A stretch of DNA of 64,000 bases, taken from Somniosus microcephalus (lineage: Eukaryota). Positions 12,101 through 24,100 of this stretch are shown in pieces (within the stretch, counting starts at the first letter, position 1; each line of letters starts with the position of its first letter). The position numbers and the translations under genes were made by a program. The DNA lies in the NCBI GenBank assembly GCA_052327205.1, contig CM126227.1, positions 7,378,001 through 7,442,000 of the forward strand. The letters run 5' to 3'. The notes under the pieces are model-generated. The model was not told the DNA's origin and did not search any database. It was given only the letters and a program-made list of their open reading frames with translations.

Positions 12101-15100
12101 AAAGTCAGCTGAGCACAGGATCTGATTTAGCTGTGAGGTTTTCCATGGGCAAATAGCCTGCTAATATTCGTGCTCTCATGACTAATGGCATGGCAACTCA
12201 CCGAGTATCAGAGGGTGCCCTTTACCTGTGGAACCATATCTCAGCATGAATCAAGTCCTTGGAGAAAATTGGGCAAAATGAAAACCAATTGGGTATCACT
12301 CTTGCATCATATGAATCCTTAAACTGGACAAAATGCTGGTTGTAAGAAAGTATAAATTATTGCTTATGTAGTGATTCACTGTCTCAGTTATTTACTGGTC
12401 TTGGGGCTATTAAATCTGTTTTAATGAATATTAGTGATGATTCAGTGATGTGTAATATTGCTTTTAGTAACATTTTTTGTTTCATAAGGGGAAATTAAAG
12501 TTGGCACATCTGTGTCCTGATGGTTCACATTCATCCTGGCCTGATTTAACTAGCCTTAATTGCACCAAGATGATGACTTGTTGCTAGGAGTATTTGACTA
12601 AAAGGTATAGATTATTTATAGGGTTAAGAGATTCCTACCATGTAAACTATGAAATGTACACCAATAAATGACAGAGAGCAGTAATAAGTGTAAAATATTT
12701 TTGGGAACAGACCAGAAAGTCCCTGGTTTGATTCTTGGTCTCTACTACATTAGTTGGCCTCACCTGGGGCAGCAATCATTAAAAAAAACATATGGTAACA
12801 TGGTAATGCTTTACACAGAAGTTCATTCATCCATCTAGCCTACCATTCCATACCTGCCGTTAGGTTCCTTACTGTGATTCTGGAACTAATACCCCGTATC
12901 CCCTTTAACAACAGGAATTAATTCGGCTCTTTTTAAAAACTTGCCTTAGTTTTCTATTCCACCTCCCTTGCTGGTAATCTGTTCCACAATTCTATCACCT
13001 TCTTATTTTTATTAAAAAAAAAAGTTGTTTACATTTCCTTTTGATTCCCGTATTTTTAAACTGTATCCACAAGTGGTTGAATGCTGTGCCTGACATAAGA
13101 ACTTCCCTGGATCCAGTTTCTCAATACTGTGAAATCTTAGGCCTGTATCAAGTCCGTCTCCCGCCCCCCCCCCATCCTTTTCTCGAGAGAGCAAAGTCCT
13201 AGGATAGGTGACCTTCCTCATAACTCAACCCTCAAATTCAAGAATCAACCGTGTAGCCTCCTCTGGACTCCCTCTAATAATTTTACATTCTTTCTGTAAT
13301 ACAGAGATCTAAACTGAACACGGTATTCTAGTTTTGGCCTTAAGGCCAGATACAGATATGAAAAGGACAGAAAAAGACCAAATAGGCCTCATGAGCCCAC
13401 TTCGTCCAGACATGGTGCATCCACATACACCATGGGAGGAGCAAAAAACCTGAGGCCAATTCAGGAAGATTGCTGGAAAAATTCCTCAACAACACCTTAA
13501 GGCAGTCGAGCAAAGCTCCAGGTGACTGCAGTGGCCTGTGACTCCTCACACGCACAACTTACAATGTCCTCTTCCCTCGGGTCCTTACCAAGTTCCCTTT
13601 TAAAGGACTGCAGTGAATCCAAACCCACCACATGCTTGATAAACTTTTCCAGAGGTTGGTGACTGGAAAAGGAACATTTCCTGGCACGTAACCTAACTCT
13701 TTGCTTCTACATGCATGTCCTCCAATCCGATCATTCCTGTCTAACCAGATGAATTCAATCCCTTCGTTGTTTTAAATACCTCAATCATATCTCTCTCAAC
13801 CTGTGTTTTTCCAAAGTAAATAGCCCCAACTCTTGGAGCCTCTCATAACTAAGAGCTCTTAGGCTTGATATTCCGGCCTTCTCCAGTGCATTGATCTCTT
13901 TTATCATGTATGGAGACCAAAAATGGACCCAATACTCTAAGTGCCGATGAGATACAAAGTCTTGTATCACCAGTCTGGGCTTGATTCTATCCTTGGTCCC
14001 AGAGGTAGATGGTTAGTGACAACTCATTTGTCCACCCAGGGCCCACAATTTATTTTTTTAGTGACAGCTAGCTGCCAGATAAACTACTTTACTGTTTTAC
14101 ATCTGAGAGAGACTTCAAGCTGCTTTCCTTCCCATCTTTTAGGTGCCCTTCCCCCTGCCTTACAATGTGTTCTACCCTATTTCATTTGATCAGGAGGAAA
14201 TGCAGGTACAGTGCCTTGGCTTCTGCCTGTGCTATGCTGTTACTGACGGTCAGGCGGTACAGAAGAATGACCTGGGGTAATTTCCCTCCCACGCCCATGG
14301 AACTGCCTTGCCTCTGCTTTGAGAATCTTTCTTCACTCCCTCATAACTTAGTCTCAGTCAAGATACAGAACTTATTGTAACGTGGATTTGCAGTTGCCAC
14401 TTAAAGTTTGTGTGTTCCATGACGCTGTTCTGTTAATTAATGTTTCCACATCTGTAATTTGACAATTGGCAGCCATCCAAAGTCTAAGTACTGTGCCACC
14501 TCTCAAAATTGGATTCCTTTTGGGGAAAAAACTGCTCGATAAGCATTTGCTGCTTACATTGATGGACAGTTAAATCACAAACACATCTAGATCTTGAATC
14601 TGGAAATTCACAAATTGCAGGTCAAAAATAGAACAGTTCGGTACTCCCATCAGGACCTGATGCATTTATCTGAAGTCAGTGATAGAATTCATAGAAACTT
14701 GCAGCACAGGAGGCGGCCATTCGGCCCGTCGTGCTTGTGCTGGCTCTTTGAAAGAGCAGTTGTGCTCAGTCCTGCATCCTCGCTTTCTATCCGTAACCCT
14801 GTAACTTCCTCATCCTCAAGTACTTCTCCAATTCTGTTTTAAAATTATTTATGGAATCCGCTTCCACCACCTTTTCCGGTAGAGCGATCCAGATCCTGAG
14901 AACTGAGTGAAAAAACTTCTCCTCATCTCCCCTCTAGATCTTTTTCTAATGATCTGTAGCAATCTTGTAGATTGTAGACCTTGTAGAAATCCTGATTAAA
15001 GCATAAAATGTTTCCTAGTTAGCATTTAGTACAGTTCAGTTGCCTGATGATGAACGTTAAGTTCTGATTTTTTTTTTTTTAAATCAGGCAACTGAACTGT

Positions 15101-18100
15101 ACTAAATGCTAACTAGGAAACATTTTATGCTTTAAGCAGGATTTCTACAAGTCTCAGCTTAAAAAAATAACAAACTTGCAAGTCTCTGTACCAGTGCCAC
15201 AGCAACTAAACAGCAGAAAAATCAATGAAACCAAGTCTAAAATATAACTTGTGTTCCTCCATTTTCAGTTTTTTTTTAGTAAAAAGTCTTGCTTTTACAC
15301 AGCCCCTTCTCACATCTCCCAAAGCATTTCACAAAAAAAGGGTCACGAGGTTCCTGAAGCAGCTTATGGTTGAACAAAACCTATTAAAAAAATAATCAGA
15401 ACTTAAAAGTTCATTAGTGGGTTTTGTTCACTGGTGCAGAGACTTGCAAGTTTGCTATTTTTTAAGCTGAGACTTGTAGAAATCCTGATTAAAGTATAAA
15501 ATATTTCCTAGTTAGCATTTAGTACAGTTCAGTTGCCTGTCTACTGGCAGTCTTATCTAGAGACAGCCTTCCTTTCAAACTATATTTAGCACGTTGAGTA
15601 TTGAGCAACATCGTGAGCTTGGATCAGCATTTTGCCTTTACTTGTGGATGGGGAATTCAAAACAATGGGAGCAAATGAGCAATGATTTTGGACTTGGAAT
15701 TATGTACTCGATTGGGGCCTGAATGCATCTATCTGAAGTCGATGATGATGAATATGAAGTTCTGATTGTGGTTTACTTTTAATAGGCTTTGTTCAATCGG
15801 ATGCTGATTCAGGAACCAGGGAGTCGCTTGATCTGCATGACAACAGGGAACGTTATTAATATGACGGCTGATCGAGATGCTGGAGAGAAGGACATCATTA
15901 GATACCTGTTTGCTTGTTTTCAAAGAGTAAAAGGAGAGGTATGTACATCTGAGGGCCCTGCCATTGTCTAGATAATTCTTCTGGGTTGATTATTTTTTTA
16001 GTCAGGTTTTTCTCCTTTCATCTGCTAGCGTATGAATCTATGGGCGCAAGAACCTTCCTTTACGTCGTTCAACTAACCATTCTTCATGTGTGTGCCTAGA
16101 CAGTGAGTATTGGCAGAATTTTCAAATGAGAGGGGTGCCACATTCCAACCCTGGCCTCACTGACTGCCTCAGCTTACACATGAAGGCAGCCACGGTACTT
16201 GAGGCCACCTTTCGCCTATGGAATTGTAGCCCAGTAAGGAGCCTGCACCTTTAAAGAGGAGGTGAGAAAATTGATGATGATGGGGGAGAAATGAAAGTTG
16301 TAAGTTCTCAGTCTGAGAGTTAAGATATGTGCTAGTGCTATCATTTAGTGTGTTGAAAAATGTTGGATGATAAAAGTCCTTTCTCTAGTCCACAATTTAT
16401 GAAATATATTTCTTCAACAGATTACAAAGGTCCCAGAAAACCTGTTGACTTATGCAGTTCGATGTAAGGTCCTGACTGTATCTAACGCACATACGGTCCT
16501 CCTCACACCCGAGATCTACGTCGATCAGAATGTCTATGAACAAGTAGTTGATTTGCTTCTTGAAGGAGTAAGTGGACCACGTAAGTAAATAATTCCAGCT
16601 GCAGTACTTCTCTGTATGCAAGATGCTGAATTGGTCTGAATTATATAGCGCTTATCGGAGGGGCGGGGGGGGGGGAAAGGAAATGGTTGTGCATTTTAGA
16701 ATAAGAAGAACTTACATTTATACAGCGCCTTTCTCAACCTCAGATGTTCCAAAGTGCTTCACAGCCAATGAAGTACTTTTGAAGTGATCGGCCCCAGTGG
16801 TTGAATGATGTACTCAAAGATTGGTATTTTTATTACTTAAGTCATTATCTTTAGCAAGTAAGTACTGCATTTCTTTACGCAGTGGGTTGTTGGAGCATGG
16901 CATGCTTTGCTACAGCCAGTGGTTGAGGCAGCGACCATTGCATCTTTTAAGGGAACAGTACATAAATATTTAAAGCTGAGGAAGATACAGGGCTATGGGG
17001 AGTGGACAGAGCAGCGCAGCGGTTTGTTTTTGGCAGAGCTCTTGGAGTCTGCATAGACCAAAGGGAACACATGACCTCCTATTCTGCTGTAAGCTCTGTG
17101 TTTCTAGTGAGAATATCTAGGCGACCCAGACTTTACAGGGAGTCTAACAATTTTAGATGAAATTAGTCGCGGATGGATTTCTGACCAAACAACTCCGATT
17201 GCCTAAGTAAGTAAGTAGAGCCCTCTTTAACATCGTTGTTAGTATCGGGCTTAAAAAAAAAAAAAATTAAAAAAAATCCCCAAAGTACTGGCCTTTACAT
17301 TGGCAATGTGTTCCCATTCAAACATGGCCAAGTAACACTTTAAAGGTCGTCGGATAGATACGGATGAGGAAGGCCATTCAGTCCATCTTGGCTGATCCAT
17401 CCAAAATGAACCAAAGGTTCCCTCTCTCTCTTTCCTTCCCCCCCGCCCCACCCCCAATAAGAATTTCCAATGATTTCTTAAATAATTCCAGAGCCTTTGC
17501 CTCCACTACCCTACCCCGAAGCTATTCCATGTGTTAGTCACGCTTTGTGTGAAGAAAAAGTTTTGATATCCGTGCTGAGAAAGCCTTTTGCCAGTACAAA
17601 CCTGGGGTTCTTGTCCTACTCTCCTGGATTGAACTTTTCTTTATCATTTGCCATCTTTTATATCGTCTGAGATACACGGTGTAATCTCTCTGTGTTACTT
17701 ACGCAGACTTTGAAGACGTTACTGAGTTTATGGAGGAAGTGATCGCTATCTTAAAGGCAGATGAAGAGGTCCGGACATTCAGTGAAGTCATGTTTCCAGT
17801 GTTGGACATTTTATTGCGCCGCATCAATGAGTTGGACCTTTGCCACATAATGCTGTACGGCTACCTGGACATTCTTCTTTATGTCACCCGGCAGCCTGAT
17901 CTGGCAGAAGTAAGACATTTCTGAACGTTTCTCCCTTTGTCCTGTTGTATATGCGCAGCTGCTGGGGGTTTCCTTTTTGATTGGTTTGGTATCTGACGCA
18001 TGTGGAAACCCATCCAAACCGAGCTACGGAGAAACTCGCAGGTAGAGCTTCTGTTAGCTTGATATGGAATGTACAGTGTGTGCGCGTCCTACTTGGCAAA

Positions 18101-21100
18101 GCCCATAAAACTTACCAAGTTTGGGGACCATCAAGTGTGCTTCACTTCCGCTAGCTCAAATTCTGCAGTTTTAGTGCAGAACTTTTTTGATCGTCTTTCC
18201 TGGGATGTCACTGGCAAGGCCAGCATTTATTGCCCATCCCTAAATGCCCTTGAGAAGGTGGTGGTGAGCTGCCTTCATGACAATTGAGTGGCTTGCTGGG
18301 CCATTTCAGAGGGCTGTTCAGAGTCAACCACATTGCTATTGGTCTGGAGTCATATGGTAGTTACATGGTCACCGTTACTGATGCTGGCTTTTTCTAATTC
18401 TAGATTTATTTAACTGAATTTAAATTCCCCAGCTGCCGAGTTGGGAATTGAACTCTTGTATCCAGATCATTAGTCCAGGCCTCTGGATTACTAGTCCGGT
18501 AACGTAACTACCGTTCCCCTGTAGAACACTGGTAGGCTTTCTGGTACATGCCCTTCCCATTTAGGCATTCACCTTGAAGAGTTATCTGGAGCTGATTGGG
18601 ACTGGCCCTCTGACAGATCTACCCCCTGAAGTCCCATCAATTATCTAGTTTGGCTAGCCAGTCATCAGCAATGTCCTTGTGTACTGAAGACCAGCTTGGA
18701 TCAGGTATCGGATCAACTTGAGTCTGCCACTGGAGATCAACTTGGTTTCAATCTCCCATCACCAAGCGTATCACCTTGGAGCCAGCTGGACTCCAAAGGG
18801 ACTCCGCTCCTCAGCTCCCACATCTCTTCACTACCTCCCCTCCTTGCCTAGGAGGGTTAGTCACGAGGCAATGGGAGCCATGCGTTGTGATGTGATAGGT
18901 CTCCATCGCTAAAGAAAAATTCTTAGCCTCTTCTGCCAACACAGTATGCTGCTTGTAGTGCCGTGGGACGCTCCCACCAGGTGGTGCAGGTAAAACCTTC
19001 TGAAAGAAGCTGGTTGAAGATAGCCAGATCACAAGAGTTTCTAACTTGGGCTCACCTGAAAATCAGAGCACAACCAACAGAGTGGCTGCTCTCGTGTTTT
19101 TAAATTGTGTTTAATCCTGATAAACTGAGGTTTTGGACCAGCAGTTAAATTCATCTCGCAGTGAGTATAGAAAATGTTCCCTGAGTACTACTATCATTAG
19201 TCAGTAAACCATCCCAGACTGCTAACCTAAGGCATAATTTTATGATTTTATGCTATCGGTGGGGAGCCTGGCCTACTGGGAGTGCATATCAGCAAGTTGG
19301 ACATAAGCCGTTTTCTGATGATTAGCTTTAATGAATGGAAAACTGTGCTCAGCGCACGCGTGCACCTGAATTTCTGACCTGCCGTACTGCAGGTTCCCGT
19401 GCCTGCAGCGTAAGGTTTGAAAATGACCCCTTCGTGTGTTAACCATTAACGCATCAGTGCTTCACAATTAAACCAAAAGACTAACCTGTGTGACAGCAGG
19501 CTGCCCTGGAAATATAACTGAGTCAGCTTTCCGATATTGTTTTTTTCCCCTCCAGTTCTCTTCTCGACTCTCCTCCGGTTTGTGATTTGTATTGGGGAAT
19601 GGTTCCCTGGCTGCCAATTGCCCTCTGGTTCTTTGCTTGGCTAGCTGTTTTCCATGTATGAAGCTGTATACTAGGGGTGCCTCACAACTGATCACGACCT
19701 TGCCCCCTCCAGATTTTACATATGCACCTTCCAGCAGGGTCACTGAATGGTAGTCAAGAGCAGAAACCTGATTAATTTGCACTCCTACCCTAATCTGAGG
19801 TAGAAATTAAGGCCATTTATCTGCACTGGGCATTTAGGAATTCCTACTCTTAATATACGTGTGTTTTTGTGCAACGGCTAATAATCTTATTTTTACACAT
19901 TAAAAGTAAACACCGCAAGATTGAATATTTAAATTCCATATTTGATTTTTTTTTTGTTGAAACCTTCAGTTTCAATGAAAATGATTGCTGTTTATCTCTG
20001 TCAACAGGTTTTCTTGGAGCATATTAAACCAAAGGATCCAAATAATGGTAACCTGTACCAGCAGACCCTGCTGGGAACTGTCCTGAACATTTCTTGTCTG
20101 CTGAAAACCCCGGGGCTAGTAGAGAGTCACTTGTATTTTTTGAATCCCTCGAGGTCCAGTCCGCAGGAGATCAAAGTCCAAGAATCAAACATTCACCAGG
20201 TGGGTCTTGGGCAGGTTGGATTCTTTGAGGGGCTGTGGTGTGGTGTCATTTTCCTCCTCGTCTATTTTGTCTGGTCGTACACTGCCTCAGGCTCAATGGG
20301 TGGGCTGCACCCTGACCCCTGCCAGTATCAATCTTGTTCCCGCTGGCAGGAGGCTCAAAAGAGCTACGATACAGAATATTCAGAGGCCATCCATCAGTAA
20401 AGGAGTACTGCCTCCCAGTTTTTCTCCTTTTGCCTCCTTCCCCACCAACCCCAATCTAGCAAGAGTTGCTGTACAGCAGTCAGGTACCGGAACCCTAAGG
20501 GAATTTTATGTATCTTTCCACTGTTGACCAAACTCTTGGGTTCTGCGGTCAATTGTAATGAACCTGCCACTGTGAGATTAGATAAGACTCAAAAGACTGC
20601 ATTGAACATGGGGGGTCTTTCTGCTCTGTGTAATTGTTGGGTTCCATACTGGACAGTACAGGAAGCTCTCTGTTAACCGGCAAAATTCAGGAGTAGGTTC
20701 AGGTAAGTTTTACTTCATATCTGTGGCTGTGTAACTGGGGTTCGTGCACTTGTTGCTAAGCGACAGGAACGCTTGGTCTGTGGCCGGAGTTCCTGCACAT
20801 GTTGCTAAGCAACAGGGGAAGCCTGGATTTGTTGCTGTGTACGGCGCTCTTGTACCTTTTAAACTATACCTCTCTGTAATCCGGACTTTTTGATGAACCA
20901 GCACCACGCCGGTCCCGTTGGTGCCGGATAATAGAGTTTCCTGTACACAGTTTTTTTAAAAATCATTCACAGGATGTGGGCATTGCCAGCAAGGCCAGCA
21001 TTTATTGCCTGTCCCTAATTGTCCTCGAAGGTGGTGGTGAGCCACCTTCCTGAACTGCTCAGATGGGTTGTGGGAGCCCGTAAAACCCTCCCTCCCGCCA

Positions 21101-24100
21101 TAGGACTAACCACCCTAATGGCTGGTTCAAAGATGGTCACGGTCACGGAATGAGCGTTAATCACGGCCATAAATCCTTCCACCACTTCATACAGTTCCCC
21201 AAAGGGAACAGTGTGAGGATATGTACGATGATGACCTCTTGCGCAATGCACCTCCTTGGACCCTCAGTCGCAGATGCGAGGGGGCAAGTCATGCAATTGT
21301 TAAATTTTTCATTTTATTGACATGTAAAATGTTGGCCCAGTAATTCCCTTCCAAATGCGCGAGTACGGTCGGGGTACTTACGCATCTGGCTGGATGAAAT
21401 GCCGGTTTTCAGCATGCACAGTGCATGTGGGGAAAACCGGCATTTCCTGTCCTCTGAACGAAGGGGTTCAGAGGCAGAACGCGTGCGACTGCACAGGCAG
21501 CGCGTGCGCAGTATAATTCGCCGCTTTCATTAATGCTTTCAGTGAGGTCAAGTCATTACAACTTACACATGAAAAAAGCATGGGTACAGTTGCTCCAGAG
21601 GCTGCGGAGGAAGATATTTCTTATCGTGGAGCTTCTGAAAGTATGTATGTCTGTATATATTCCTTTGTGTGTTATGTATATATTCCTTTACTTATGTGTA
21701 TGAATGTATTATTTAATTATGACTTTCAGAGAAAGTAACTTACTGGAAAATCATAATTAAAAACATACATTCATACACATTAGTAAAGGAATATAAAACA
21801 TACATACATATACGTAAAGGAATATATGTGGACATACATACATAACTCATTCTCACATTCCATTCACACAGCCACAATTGCTCCTTCTACCTACCGTTCT
21901 GAAAACTCTTTTTTAAAAAAAAAAAAAAAAAAATTTTAACTTTAAAACTTACTTAAAATTTCTTTAAATAACTTCCCTCCCTTTCCCAAACAAAAATATT
22001 GCATTTCAGAAGCTCCACGATAAAAATGTTTCTTCCTCCGCAGCCAATGAACCACTTTACACTTGCTTTTTTTACGTGTAACTTCTGAGGACTTAACCTC
22101 ACGGATTTCATGAATGAAATCTACGAAGTTCACTGCGCAAGCGCTGCCTGTGCAGTCGCACGCGCTCGAGGTCTGGAAATGCCGGCGTTCCCCGCATGCG
22201 CTGTTCATGCTCAACGCCGGCATTTCCAACGGCCAGATGCGTGAGTACCCCGAGCGCACTCACGCCTTTGGCCGCGAATTTCTGGCCCATTAAGCTTACA
22301 GCATAATTAATACTTCATATTAGGCGATGGTTTTAACGAGGAGCTTGCAGCCCTTGGCCTCTGGAACCTCTCAGACGCAGATGATGTCGTCTTAAGTCTG
22401 TTCCTTTGTTCCCACAGTACATCTGTGTAAAGTTCTTTGAGTATCGAGGTTTTAACCCTTTTCCTATCAAGTTGGTTTGGCCAGTGTCCATATATGGTCT
22501 TTAACAAAATCACCTTTTTTAATTGGTTCTAATGGTCAAAATACCATTGTCACTCAGGTTAAGGCTAGTAACCAGGCCACTCCTCTTCCAGTACATTTCC
22601 ACTAACTCTGCCCCGCTGTCGTGTTATCTTGTTTATAGCTTTTCACGCCATTGGAATTTACCATATCTCTTTCATTTCCTGCCTCCCTGGTACAAGGCCT
22701 TTATACCAAGGGCCCATATCAGCGCTGTTTCACTAGTCTTGAGGTATCCAGACTATCTCACTTTTAATCTACCAGATAAATACCTTAACTTCCATGATCT
22801 CTCTCATTTTATGTCCTTATACTAATTATCCTTTAAATATTGTTGCAATTAGTTTTGTTAAGCGAATTCTAAGTTCTATTCAGCATTATAATATATATTT
22901 TTTTAGCAATTTAACCTTCACTCACAGCCTGTGGTTGTTTGTTATCAGAACTTTTGGTCAATGGCGACACTTGAAGTTATTATTATACATATATGATTCT
23001 CGTCTACTAAATATCTCTGTTTCGTACGTAGATGTCTATATATATTTTTAGTTCTAAATCTTTGTCTCCCAATATTTCTGTTGTACCCCTTTCTCGTTCT
23101 GTCTACGCAAGAATTTGCAGTTAATGAGGATATTGGAGTGAGCAAAGGTCACTACCAATTGTGTGTTGGCTTTCCTGCCAGTTATTTCAGGTGTATTGTA
23201 TTTTTTTTTGACACAATCTCATCTTGGGGAAGGATGATCAGAATGTTGTTGTTTTCATTTTGCAGTTCATGGTGCAATTTCACGACAAAATCTATCAGAT
23301 TCTGCGGAACCTCATCCAGCTTTCCCCGGTTACCAAACATTGTACCCTTTCCTGGCTCGGGAACTGCCTCCATGCCAACTCGGGACGGACGAAAATCTGG
23401 GCCAACCAGATGCCCGAGCTCTTCTTCCAAATGTACGCATCGGACGCCTTCTTCCTGAACCTTGCTGCTGCTCTGCTTAAACTGTGTCAACCCTTCTGCA
23501 AACCAAAGTCTCCCAAGCTGTTGACCTTTAACCCTACTTATTGTACCTTGAAAGAGCTGAATGAAGAGGAGCAGAAAAGCAGAAACGTGCATATAAAAGG
23601 TACGGGCTGAGTGGTAGATGGGTGGCTTTTGTAATCGCTCCACCATTGGCGGCCGTGCCTTCAGCTGCCTGGGCCCCAAGCTCTGGAATTCCCTCCCTAA
23701 ACCTCTCCGCCTCGCTACCTCTCTTTCCTCCTTTTAAGACGCTCCTTAAAACCTACCTCTTTGACCAAGCTTTTGGTCACCTGCCCTAATTTATCCTTAT
23801 GTGGATCGGTGTCATTTTTTGTCTTTTAATACTCCTGTGAAGCACCTTGGGATGTTTTACTACGTTAAAGGCGCCATATAAATACATGTTTTTTGCTTTT
23901 AGTTATAAAAACACACACTGCTGGGAATACTCAGCAGGTCCGGCAGCATCTGTGGAGGGAGAAACCGAGCTAATGTTTCAGCTTGATGACCTTTCCTCAG
24001 AACTGGAAAAAGCTGGAGTTATAACCGGTTTTGAGTAAGTACAGAGGCAGGGAAAGGAGGGATGGGAGGAAAGAACAAAAGGGAAGGTCTGTGATGGTGG

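Noticed and set aside
15046-15067. C/D-box snoRNA-like TGATGA..CTGA (also near 15742-15764)
   Set aside because: Boxes are only about 10-15 nt apart, too short for a snoRNA; the first lies within a templated duplication
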